From the NCBI GenBank assembly GCA_021796515.1, contig JAKACC010000003.1, positions 458 to 64,457 on the forward strand: a stretch of DNA of 64,000 nt, read 5' to 3'. Each line of letters opens with the position of its first letter. The stretch's first letter is position 1. A program made the position numbers and the translations under genes. A model generated the notes under the pieces. That model did no database searches. It saw only the letters and a list, made by a program, of their open reading frames with translations, and was not told where the DNA came from. This document shows, in pieces, positions 36,869 to 45,726 of the stretch. The DNA is from an archaeon (lineage in GTDB: Archaea > Thermoproteota > Nitrososphaeria > Nitrososphaerales > Gagatemarchaeaceae).

Positions 36869-38236
36869 ATGAGCCGAACCCAGCTTAAGGCGGTCCTCTC
36901 AGAGGATAAGCTCCCCGAGAATTACTACAACATCCAGCACGACCTCCCGGAGCCTCTCCCTCCTCCTCTGGACCCTGGGACCCTGAAGCCCATGGCTCCC
37001 GAGCCTCTTTTGCGGCTCTTCGCGAAGGAGTGCGTCATGCAGGAGGTCTCCACCGAGGAGTACATCCCCATCCCTGAAGAGGTTCGCGAGGCGTACCTAA
37101 GGCTGGGCAGACCGACCCCCCTGCAGCGCGCGACCCGCCTCGAGGCGCGGCTTGGGACCCCTGCCAAGATATTCTACAAGAGAGAGGACCTCAACCCTGC
37201 TGGGAGCCACAAGCCGAACACCGCGATTGCCCAGGCATACTATCACCGCAAGGAGGGGACGGAGCGCCTGGCGACGGAGACCGGCGCTGGTCAGTGGGGG
37301 ACCGCCCTGGCCCTCGCGACGGCCTTCTTCGACATCGACCTGACGGTGTACATGACGAGGAGCAGCTACAACCAGAAGCCCTACAGGCGGACCCTGATGG
37401 AGGTCTACGGGGCGGAGGTCTATTCCTCGCCCAGCCCGAGGACGAACGCAGGGAGGAAGTTCCTGGAGAAGGACCCCGACCACCCGGGGAGCCTCGGGAT
37501 AGCGATCAGCGAGGCCGTCGAGGACTGCGTCACTCACGACAACACGAAGTACGCCCTAGGGAGCGTCCTGAACCATGTCCTGACGCACCAGTCCGTGATC
37601 GGCCAGGAGGCGAAGCTGCAGATGGAGGAGTTCGACGCCGAGCCGGACTACATCGTCGGGTGCATCGGCGGTGGGAGCAACTACGCAGGGCTCGCCTATC
37701 CGTTCATGAGGGATAAGCTCCGAGGGAAGAGCGAGGCCGAGTTTGTCGCGTCAGAGCCCAGGGCCGTACCATCCACGACCCGGGGGTCCTACAGGTATGA
37801 CTTCGCCGACGCCGGGGAGACCACTCCGCTCATCAAGATGCACACAGTCGGACACTCCTACCAGTGCCCTCCGATACACGCGGGAGGCCTCAGGTACCAC
37901 GGCAAGGCCCCGTCCATGTGCATGCTGATTGACAAGGGGTTCATGAGGAGCGTGGCCTACAGCCAGAACGAGGTGATGGACGCGGGACTCCTCTTCGCGC
38001 AGACGGAGGGGGTGGTCCCGGCCCCGGAGTCGAACCACGCCGTGAAGGCGGCCATCGACATCGCGCTGGAGTGCAAGAGGAAGAATCAGCCGAAGACGAT
38101 CCTGTTCAACCTGAGCGGGCACGGGCTCCTCGACCTGAAGGCCTACGAGGACAAGCTGGCCGACAGGCTGGTCGACTACGAGCCCGCCGCCGCCGACCTC
38201 GACAGGGCCTTGCAAGCACTCCCGGTGGTCGGGTAG
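36869..38236 (+). CDS. TrpB2-type tryptophan synthase beta-like PLP enzyme
   Basis: LPENYYNIQHDLPEPLPPPLDP N-terminus typical of TrpB2, PLP-lysine region NPAGSHKPNTA, GGGSNYAGL. ATTTAAT box upstream of ATG 36869. Confidence 0.9.
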   Translation: MSRTQLKAVLSEDKLPENYYNIQHDLPEPLPPPLDPGTLKPMAPEPLLRLFAKECVMQEVSTEEYIPIPEEVREAYLRLGRPTPLQRATRLEARLGTPAKIFYKREDLNPAGSHKPNTAIAQAYYHRKEGTERLATETGAGQWGTALALATAFFDIDLTVYMTRSSYNQKPYRRTLMEVYGAEVYSSPSPRTNAGRKFLEKDPDHPGSLGIAISEAVEDCVTHDNTKYALGSVLNHVLTHQSVIGQEAKLQMEEFDAEPDYIVGCIGGGSNYAGLAYPFMRDKLRGKSEAEFVASEPRAVPSTTRGSYRYDFADAGETTPLIKMHTVGHSYQCPPIHAGGLRYHGKAPSMCMLIDKGFMRSVAYSQNEVMDAGLLFAQTEGVVPAPESNHAVKAAIDIALECKRKNQPKTILFNLSGHGLLDLKAYEDKLADRLVDYEPAAADLDRALQALPVVG

Positions 38237-38254
38237 CCTCCCAGGTGCGGCTTC

Positions 38255-39589
38255 CTATCCGTAGGCCCGTGTGACAGTCACTCCGTCCACCAGGATCCAG
38301 GGGCAGAGGGTGGGGGTGTCCACCTCCCACCACTGTATCCACTCCCTCTCCTTGGAGAGGAGCCTGACAGAGGAGAAGAGCCTGAGGAGGTCGTCTCCGA
38401 CCCTCATCCCCTTCAGCGGCCCAGCGACCTTCCCCCCTTCTATCATGTACGCCCCGTCCCTAGGCACGGTCGAGAACTCGCCGCTCCTGTAGTTCTTGAA
38501 GCGGGTGTACCAGTTGCTCGTAAGGACGACCCCTCTCTTCATCTCCTTCACCATCTCGCCATAGGAGGAGTCACCCTCTCCGACCTCGAGGTTCCATGGA
38601 TGGGGAGAGACAAAACCGGCGTTCCCGGTGCTCCCGACCCCCCGCTTCTTCGCGGTAGTGAGGTTGTGCAGGTATCTCGTGAGCGTCCCCTTCTCGATTA
38701 TCCTGTTGGTCCTCGTCGGGGTCCCTTCGTCGTCGAAGACCCTCCCGCCCAGGCCTCCTTCGACCACCCCGTGGTCAGTGAGATTGAAGGTTGCCGACGC
38801 GACCTTTTTCCCCAGCTTCTCAACGAGGCAGGAAGTCCCGGCGTCCACAGAGAAGGCCGAGGCGGCACCGGCGACGGTTTCGACGATATTGGACGCCACG
38901 GTCGGGCTGAGGAGGACTTCGTACTTCCCTGCCTCAGGTTCCTTGGCTCCGCGCATGCTCTTCGCCCCCTCCCCGGCGCGCCGCCCGGCCCCTTCGGGGT
39001 CGAACCTCTTCAGGGCGGACGAGCAGGAGAGCCCGTGCCCGCTCGCCTCCCCTTCGGCGAAGCTTCGTATGTTCAGAGTGATGGCCGTCTTCGAGTCCCT
39101 CCCACTCGTCCCGGCCGAAGTTAGTATGGCCACGGTCCCTTTGGAAGCGTCTATGACCCCCGCTGAACGTTTCCCTCCCGCCCTGAGGGAAGAGTCTATG
39201 GCCGACTTCGCCATGGCAGGGAGCTCCCGGTCCACATCCTCCAGCCTCCGGTCGTAGCCGAGCCTGCTTGGCGCAAACTTCGCCTTCGTGTTGGAAAGAG
39301 GGACGTACTCCGACTCAGGGAGCCCCTTCAGCGACGCGAACAGGTCCCCGACGAACTTCTTGACCGCGTCAGGCCCCAGGTTAGACGTGGAAGCTATGGC
39401 CTTCCGCCTGTCCCTGGCCAGATAGACCACCAGTTCGGCCTCCTGCACCCTGTTCACCACCGTCACCGAGTTGTTGGCGAACCTGATCATGCTGTCGGCC
39501 GACTCCGAGCTGATCGCAACAGCATCGTCCACCCCCAGGCGCTTCGCCGCCCCCACTGCGACCTCGTCCAGCTCTTCCAGGTCCATCAT
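38255..39589 (-). CDS. pmbA: PmbA/TldE metalloprotease subunit
   Basis: TldD/PmbA-family fold. ATG 39589 overlaps the tldD stop (ATGA). The R/G/P-rich 87 aa of the ORF-track extension overlap tldD and were discarded. Confidence 0.88.
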   Translation of the reverse strand: MMDLEELDEVAVGAAKRLGVDDAVAISSESADSMIRFANNSVTVVNRVQEAELVVYLARDRRKAIASTSNLGPDAVKKFVGDLFASLKGLPESEYVPLSNTKAKFAPSRLGYDRRLEDVDRELPAMAKSAIDSSLRAGGKRSAGVIDASKGTVAILTSAGTSGRDSKTAITLNIRSFAEGEASGHGLSCSSALKRFDPEGAGRRAGEGAKSMRGAKEPEAGKYEVLLSPTVASNIVETVAGAASAFSVDAGTSCLVEKLGKKVASATFNLTDHGVVEGGLGGRVFDDEGTPTRTNRIIEKGTLTRYLHNLTTAKKRGVGSTGNAGFVSPHPWNLEVGEGDSSYGEMVKEMKRGVVLTSNWYTRFKNYRSGEFSTVPRDGAYMIEGGKVAGPLKGMRVGDDLLRLFSSVRLLSKEREWIQWWEVDTPTLCPWILVDGVTVTRAYG

Positions 39590-41025
39590 CTCGACCCGAG
39601 CCTGATCCCGGCCAGTAACGTCTCCGGTCCCCCGGTCCATACGGGCGCCCCCTGCTGGGGGTCTCCCTTCCCGCAGGTCGCCGCTTCGAACTCCATGTGC
39701 CGGCTCCTGGCCTTCACACTCCCCCAAAGCTTGGGGGTGGTTATCTCCAGGACGGGGGACTTCACCAGCCCCTTCAGCTCCCCCCTCTCGATGAGGTATG
39801 CCTCGAGGCCGACGTACCTCTGGTTGAGCCTCTTGTCGTCTATGTTCCACTCCGTGTATGACTTGAAGTAGACCCCGTGTTTCACGTCCTTGAATATCTC
39901 GTCCGTGGTGTAGTCCCCGGGTTCCACGAACGTGTTGGACATCCTGATTATCGGCTCCCTGTCGAATGACACGCTCCTCGCCGCCCCGTTGCTCTTCAAG
40001 CCGAACCTCTTCGCCGTCGCCCTGTTGTGGAGGAACTCGTTGATCATCCCATCCTTGATCAGCCTCCTCTTTTTCCCCGGGACCCCCTCGTCGTCCACAG
40101 GCACGTACCCGTTCGAGCGGGGGAGGGTGGGGTCGTCGCTGACGTTCGCCTCAGGGCTCCCTATCTTCATGCCCAGACTGTCAGCCTTCAGATAGGACTC
40201 TCCCGCTTGGGCGCCTTCCCTCCCGAGGACCCTGTCCGCCTCCTGCGGGTGCCCCACGGACTCGTGGGCTGCTATCCCGGACAGCTCGGGGCTAAGCACC
40301 ACGTCGACCACGTCTGTCGGAGGCCCTGACCTTGCCCTCAGGACCTTCCCCAGCGCCCTTGCCTCCTCTTCGACGAGGTCGGAGATCCTGAGCCGCTCCA
40401 TGACCTCGAGCCCCCCTGTCTCCGCCTGCTGGATGTGTCTCTGGGCTGTGCTCCCGCCGTCAATGGCCGTCAGGGAGCCGAAGAACCCGACACGAGGGAC
40501 CCGCCCTGTGACGCGCGCTCCGTCGCTGTTCACGTAGTACCTCTCCTGGAGCTCGGCTGCGGCGTAGAGGAGCCGTCCAGGGAGCTTCACCCCGGCTCTC
40601 TCCCCTGCGATTCTCCCTTCCACGTCCCGGAGCACCCCCTGGAGCCAGGCGGGGTCGGCATTCTCGACCCGTCTCGTCTCTTGGGCTGCCCAGCTTCTCC
40701 TGGTCCCCTTCGTGCTGTCCAGCAGCACGGGCTCCCTGAGGACCTGGGCCGATGCCCGCGCGAGCCTGACCGCCCTCGAGGCCACCTCCTTCACAGCACG
40801 GAGGCTCATGTCGTTGGTGGCGCAGAACCCGAGGGCGCCCCTCGAAATCACCCTTATGCCTATCCCGAACCCCTCTACGAAGAACGACGGCTGCGGCTCC
40901 CCGTTCTTCAGCCCGAACTCTCTCTCCCAGGTCGTCTGGACCCTGGCCTCGGCGTACGAAGCTCCCTCCTTCTGTGCTACCGATACGGCGGCCTCGGCCA
41001 GGTCCTTCCCCTCCTGGGTCCGCAT
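39586..41025 (-). CDS. tldD: TldD metalloprotease subunit
   Basis: HESVGHPQEADR (HExxxH-type metal site of TldD); 479 aa. Confidence 0.9.
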   Translation of the reverse strand: MRTQEGKDLAEAAVSVAQKEGASYAEARVQTTWEREFGLKNGEPQPSFFVEGFGIGIRVISRGALGFCATNDMSLRAVKEVASRAVRLARASAQVLREPVLLDSTKGTRRSWAAQETRRVENADPAWLQGVLRDVEGRIAGERAGVKLPGRLLYAAAELQERYYVNSDGARVTGRVPRVGFFGSLTAIDGGSTAQRHIQQAETGGLEVMERLRISDLVEEEARALGKVLRARSGPPTDVVDVVLSPELSGIAAHESVGHPQEADRVLGREGAQAGESYLKADSLGMKIGSPEANVSDDPTLPRSNGYVPVDDEGVPGKKRRLIKDGMINEFLHNRATAKRFGLKSNGAARSVSFDREPIIRMSNTFVEPGDYTTDEIFKDVKHGVYFKSYTEWNIDDKRLNQRYVGLEAYLIERGELKGLVKSPVLEITTPKLWGSVKARSRHMEFEAATCGKGDPQQGAPVWTGGPETLLAGIRLGSR

Positions 41026-41064
41026 GGGCAGGGGCTCGCGCGGCCAGCTTCTAAGCTTGAGTCT

Positions 41065-42429
41065 TCAGACCAGGGGGGTGGGCTCCCCCTTCAAGGGCGG
41101 GGCGAGCTTCCATTTCTTCCCCTTCCTGAACGCTGCGAACATCTCCGGATGCTCGGTATGGATGGGTATCACCTTCCTGGCCCCTACGCCGTCCACAAGG
41201 GCCTTCACCTCTCGCATGGGGGCGTGCCCCGACGCGTGCAGCTGGGTGTAAGTGAACCCCACGTGGTCTACCCAGTTTTTGATGACGGCTTCTTCCCTTT
41301 CTCCTTCCTCGTTGAACGCTTCGGTGGCCGCGTGAATGTACGTCCCCCCCTTCTCGGGCTTGATGTCGATGAGCTCCGGAAAGTTCCACGCCTCCAGGTG
41401 CAGGAGGACCTCGCGCTGCTTCGCCCTCACGTCGCTGGCGCTAACTCCGTCCCCGAGGAACCGCCTCTCCCAGGAGAAGTAGTCGGAGTCGTCCAGCTTC
41501 CCGGTCCTCTTCCTGCGCACGTACACCCCCACGTCCTTCCCGATCCTGGGGACCTTCAGCTTCCGGTCGGCGCTGAGCTTCTCCAGCAGGACGGCCATCT
41601 TCATGGATACCACGAGCCTCCTCCCGGATGCCTCCGCCGCCGCGTGGAACGTGTTGATCCTATCCACGTCGTTCCCCCTGAACGAAGAGAAGACCAGGGC
41701 CCTGCTGCGGCCCACGAGCCTCATGGCTTCCTCCATGACCTGACTCTCGCTGGTGTTGACCCCGTCGTCGTTCTCCCTCACCCTGGTCCCTTCCGTGAGC
41801 AAGGTCCCAGGCCTCTCCTTCGCGGCCGCTTCGACGAAGTCTTTGGTCATGGATCCGGCGGGCCCGTGGAACCTGAAATCCCCGGTGTAAGCCAGGGTGG
41901 CGTCACCGCAGTGAATCACGAACCCATAGGCGCCCGGGATAGAGTGATCCACGTGGACCGGGACGAACTCCATCGAGCCGACCCTGAACCTGTCTCCTGT
42001 CCTGAACTTCCTGACTTCGTGGTCGTCGAGCGGGGACGAGGAGGAATCGCTGTAGGCTGAGTGAATCAGGGAGGTGGTCTCGCCGCAGTACACAGGGATC
42101 TCGGGGTCGGTGTATCCGATCCTCCCCGTATGGTCCGTGTGGTAGTGGCTCAGGACTATGGCGTCCACTTCAGGGTCGGAGTGCTTCAGGCGGGTGTTCT
42201 GAAGCGCCTTCTCCGAGTAGAGCCCAGGGATTTCGGGGAGGAGCCCGAACTCGAACAGGTCACCCGCCCCGTTGACCAGCCGCGGTTCAATCCCTCCGCT
42301 GAAGTAGTCCGAGCCGTCTGAGAACCCGGTGCCGAAGTCGAGGAGGACCCTGGAGCCTCTGTCCTCCAGGAGGAACTTGTTCCCCCCGATCTCCCCTACT
42401 CCACCGTAGCAGGTAAGCCTCGGGTACAC
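41065..42429 (-). CDS. rnj: ribonuclease J-like beta-CASP metallo-beta-lactamase
   Basis: GGVGEIGGNKF, SHYHTDHTG (HxHxDH), YTGDFRFHG, LLTEGTR, FSSFRGNDVDRI, HASGHAP...VIPIHTEHPEMF follow the RNase J motif order. 454 aa, with no KH domains. Confidence 0.72.
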   Translation of the reverse strand: MYPRLTCYGGVGEIGGNKFLLEDRGSRVLLDFGTGFSDGSDYFSGGIEPRLVNGAGDLFEFGLLPEIPGLYSEKALQNTRLKHSDPEVDAIVLSHYHTDHTGRIGYTDPEIPVYCGETTSLIHSAYSDSSSSPLDDHEVRKFRTGDRFRVGSMEFVPVHVDHSIPGAYGFVIHCGDATLAYTGDFRFHGPAGSMTKDFVEAAAKERPGTLLTEGTRVRENDDGVNTSESQVMEEAMRLVGRSRALVFSSFRGNDVDRINTFHAAAEASGRRLVVSMKMAVLLEKLSADRKLKVPRIGKDVGVYVRRKRTGKLDDSDYFSWERRFLGDGVSASDVRAKQREVLLHLEAWNFPELIDIKPEKGGTYIHAATEAFNEEGEREEAVIKNWVDHVGFTYTQLHASGHAPMREVKALVDGVGARKVIPIHTEHPEMFAAFRKGKKWKLAPPLKGEPTPLV

Positions 42430-42652
42430 ATAAGGGAGACCTGGTACAAGCTACTTAACGGTTCGACCGCCTCGCCCCGGGAACGGATAAATACGAACTT
42501 GGTGTCGGAGGAGACCGTGGTCCTCCTGCCGCTTCTTCAGGCGGGCTCAAGCTCCGACACCCTTGGCGCCATCGCAGTGCTCGTCGTCGCCATAGGCCTC
42601 GTCGGGATCGCCATACTCATCCTCTTCTCCAAAAGAAAGATCTAGTGCTATC

Positions 42653-43312
42653 ATGACAGTCGCAGCCGTCTTCGACGTCGATGGCACGCTCGTCACCTTC
42701 CAGTTCGACATGGAGGGGACCAGGCAGGCGCTCATAGAAGAGCTGGCCAGGAAAGGATACGATTCGGCCGGGATCGACCTCAAGACTCCGACCCAGAGGA
42801 TTCTCGACGCTGCACGTTTGCAGACGCCAGACGACGAGCAGTGGCGCTACCAGGATTTCAGGAAGGCCGCGTTCGCCCTCCTCGACAGGTTCGAGGCGGT
42901 GAGCGCCTTCACCACGGCGCCAATCCCGGGAGCTAGGGAGGCCCTCGAGCGCCTGAAGTCGAGAGGGGTGAGAATCGCCGTCCTCACCAACGCCGGACGG
43001 AACGCAGCCTCCGTGTCGCTCAGGAGGGCCGGACTGGCAGACATCTTCGAGTTCGTCCTCACCAGGGACGAGACCATAGTGATGAAGCCCGACCCCGGGG
43101 GGGTCGCCATGGCTGCGACGAGGCTTGGCCCGACCGCAGAGTCTGTCTACTACGTCGGGGACAGCCCGTACGACATCGCGGCCGCCAGAGGGGCGGGGGT
43201 GAAGATGGTCGCGGTCGCCACAGGGAACCATTCCGCCGAGAGGCTCAAGAGCGAGGGCGCCGACTTCGTGGTGGCTTCCATAGCCGACGTCCCGGTGGTC
43301 CTGGGGGTCTAA
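42653..43312 (+). CDS. HAD-IA family hydrolase (phosphoglycolate phosphatase-like)
   Basis: VFDVDGTLV (motif I), LTNAG (motif II), VGDSPYDIAAARGAG (motif III/IV). Confidence 0.85.
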   Translation: MTVAAVFDVDGTLVTFQFDMEGTRQALIEELARKGYDSAGIDLKTPTQRILDAARLQTPDDEQWRYQDFRKAAFALLDRFEAVSAFTTAPIPGAREALERLKSRGVRIAVLTNAGRNAASVSLRRAGLADIFEFVLTRDETIVMKPDPGGVAMAATRLGPTAESVYYVGDSPYDIAAARGAGVKMVAVATGNHSAERLKSEGADFVVASIADVPVVLGV

Positions 43313-43335
43313 GCAGAAAAGGAGCCAGGGCGGAG

Positions 43336-45351
43336 GTGGCGCCGTTGGAGCTCACCGCTTCAGAGAGGGGCGCGCTCAGGGCGCTCTGCGACGCCCTCTT
43401 TCCGGCGATCCAGGGAGAGCCAGGCCTCCTCGGGCGAGGGGCGTCTGACATAGCCGTCGACTCGCTCCTCGCGGAGGCGGCGGAGACCTCCATGCAGCCT
43501 GGCAACGCCAGGGACTTCCGGAGGGTGCTCGCCGTCGTCGAGAGCCCCCTCTACAACCTGCTCCTCAGCGGCAGGCCCGCCAGGTTTTCTTCGCTCTCCC
43601 CCAAAGGCAGGGAGTCGTATCTCGAGTCATGGAGGGACAGCCCTCTCCCCCTGAAGCGGACCGCGTTCCAGGCAATCAAGAGGTTGACTCTCTTCCTGGC
43701 GTACGCTTCGGCAGGCCCGGACGGGTTCAACCCCAACTGGGAAGCGATCGGGTACCCCGGCCCGTCGCTCGACGCCCCTGTCCCGACCCCCGAGCATCTT
43801 AGGCTGGTCCCCGTCAGGGTGGAACATGACACGAAGCTGACCTGCGACGTAGTGGTCGCGGGGTCGGGGGCGGGCGGGAGTGTAATCGCTGACTCCCTCG
43901 CTTCCGCAGGGTACAGCGTGATAGTGGTCGAGCAGGGGCCGTACGAGACCTCCGAGACCTTCAGGCAGGACGAGATGAGGATGATGCAGAAGCTCTTCCA
44001 GCAGAGCGGGACCGCGGCCACCGCAGACCTCTCTTTCGTCCTCCTCGCCGGAAGGGGAGCAGGCGGGGGGACGACTGTGAACTGGAACACCTGTCTGAAG
44101 CCTCCGCCGCGGGTCCTCTCAGAGTGGGAGAACGGGTTCGGGGTCGACGGGGTCACAGGCCCCGGGTTCGCGTCCATGCTAGACTCCGTCTGGAAGGGGA
44201 TCAGGGTCACCGCCTCAGAAAGCCAGCTCAACAGGAACAACGAGGTGCTTCGCGACGGATGTAGGGCCCTCGGATTCAAGGACGGGACAGACTACCACGT
44301 CATCGAACGTAACGCCGTAGGGTGCAGGCAGAGGTGCGACTTCTGCACCTACGGATGCATCTACGCCGCGAAGCAGTCGACGGCGCTGACCTACCTTCCG
44401 TCAGCCCAGTCGAAGGGGGCTAGGTTCGTCTTCGACGCCAGGGTCGAGAGGGTTGTCATCGAAGGAGGGGCCGCAAAGGGAGTTGTGGCTACCTGCAGGT
44501 CCGGAGGGAGGGAGTTCAGACTCGACATATCGGCCAGGGCGGTGGTGGCCGCCTGCGGGGGGATCGAGAGCCCGGCCCTCCTCCTGAGGTCCGGCGTGAA
44601 GGACCGGAACGTCGGGGCGTACCTGAGGCTCGACCCCACGGTCGCGGTCGGGGGGGTGTTCGAGGACCCGGTCTACCCATGGAAAGGACCCCCGCAGACG
44701 ATCGCCGTCTGGAAGTTCATCGACCTGGACGGGACCTACCACGGCTTCTGGGTCGAGGCGGCCCCCGCCCACCCGGGTCTGTTCGCGATGTCGATCCCCT
44801 GGGTGAACGGGCGTCGCCACAAGGAGTTCATGCAGAGGTATTACGCCCGCTCCTCCGCCGCCATAGTGCTCCTGAGGGAGAGGAGTTCAGGTAGGGTCGC
44901 GGTCGGCAAGGACGGTTACCCCAGGGTGACCTACGAGTTGGAGAAGGCGGACAAGGACACCCTGGTGAGAGGCATGGAGGAGACGGCCCGCATACTTTCT
45001 GCGGCCGGCGCCACGGGGATCTGGACGACCCACAGCTCGGAGGTGTTCGCCGGAGACGGGACGTCCAAGGTCGGTCAGTCCGACCTGGACTCCTTCTCCG
45101 CGGCCCTGCGAAGGGAGGGGGTCCGGCCAAACAGGATGATGCTCTACAGCGCCCATCTGATGGGGTCGTGCAGGATGAGCTCTGACCCGTCTCTGGGGCC
45201 GACGTCGCCGTCGGGGGAGCTCCACACCGTGAAGAACCTCTTCGTGGGAGACTCTTGCGTTTTCCCCACCACCCCCGCGGTCAACCCCATGATCTCGATC
45301 ATGGCCATGGCCCTGAGGACCGCGGAATCCATAAAGCGCTCCCTGGGCTGA
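43336..45351 (+). CDS. GMC-family FAD oxidoreductase, long-chain alcohol oxidase-like
   Basis: N-terminal extension of about 170 aa, then the FAD fold DVVVAGSGAGGSVIADSLASAGYSVIVVEQG and the C-terminal GMC region (...LFVGDSCVFPT). GTG start. Confidence 0.85.
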   Translation: MAPLELTASERGALRALCDALFPAIQGEPGLLGRGASDIAVDSLLAEAAETSMQPGNARDFRRVLAVVESPLYNLLLSGRPARFSSLSPKGRESYLESWRDSPLPLKRTAFQAIKRLTLFLAYASAGPDGFNPNWEAIGYPGPSLDAPVPTPEHLRLVPVRVEHDTKLTCDVVVAGSGAGGSVIADSLASAGYSVIVVEQGPYETSETFRQDEMRMMQKLFQQSGTAATADLSFVLLAGRGAGGGTTVNWNTCLKPPPRVLSEWENGFGVDGVTGPGFASMLDSVWKGIRVTASESQLNRNNEVLRDGCRALGFKDGTDYHVIERNAVGCRQRCDFCTYGCIYAAKQSTALTYLPSAQSKGARFVFDARVERVVIEGGAAKGVVATCRSGGREFRLDISARAVVAACGGIESPALLLRSGVKDRNVGAYLRLDPTVAVGGVFEDPVYPWKGPPQTIAVWKFIDLDGTYHGFWVEAAPAHPGLFAMSIPWVNGRRHKEFMQRYYARSSAAIVLLRERSSGRVAVGKDGYPRVTYELEKADKDTLVRGMEETARILSAAGATGIWTTHSSEVFAGDGTSKVGQSDLDSFSAALRREGVRPNRMMLYSAHLMGSCRMSSDPSLGPTSPSGELHTVKNLFVGDSCVFPTTPAVNPMISIMAMALRTAESIKRSLG

Positions 45352-45366
45352 CGCTGACGATCTAGA

Positions 45367-45726
45367 ATGACTTCCGCCAAGCGCGATGCGCCGTATTACA
45401 TAGTCGGCCTCCCCGAGGAACCAACGGAGGCCGCCGAGGCGAGAGCGAAGTTCGAAAGGCTCTCGGATGAGCTCTGCAGGGTCTACCCGTCCATCGAGGA
45501 GATCAGGGCAGTGGTGAAGTCGAAGAAGCCGTCGAAGTCGCACGCCCGCTATGAGGTATCGGTGGAGATCTACACCCCACGCGACAGGCGCGCCTTCGAG
45601 GGGTCGGGGTACAACATAGCGAAGGTCTTCGACGTCATGGGGCCCAAGATGAAGAGGCTCCTCTCGTCCCGGCAGTCCAGGGTCACCTCCACCGGGGGAG
45701 ACAGCCCGAGGAAGGTCGCCACCTAG
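45367..45726 (+). CDS. small protein with HPF/RaiA (S30AE)-like sequence pattern
   Basis: YYIVGLP..EAAEARAKFERLSDEL..IEEIRAVVKS..HARYEVSVEIYTP..RRAFEGSGYNIAKVFDVMGPKMKRLL follows the beta-alpha-beta-beta-beta-alpha pattern of hibernation factors. Tentative. Confidence 0.35.
   Translation: MTSAKRDAPYYIVGLPEEPTEAAEARAKFERLSDELCRVYPSIEEIRAVVKSKKPSKSHARYEVSVEIYTPRDRRAFEGSGYNIAKVFDVMGPKMKRLLSSRQSRVTSTGGDSPRKVAT

Noticed and set aside
40435-42060. 541-aa ORF antisense to tldD and the RNase J-like gene
   Set aside because: It spans two well-supported genes and their intergenic gap on the opposite strand, and its composition is P/G/R/L-biased. GC-driven artefact.
42502-42645. 47-codon ORF (VSEETVVLLPLLQAGSSSDTLGAIAVLVVAIGLVGIAILILFSKRKI) upstream of the HAD gene, resembling a lone TM helix with a basic tail
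   Set aside because: It is too short and low in information, has no clear promoter spacing, and cannot be told apart from chance in a GC-rich intergenic region without conservation data.
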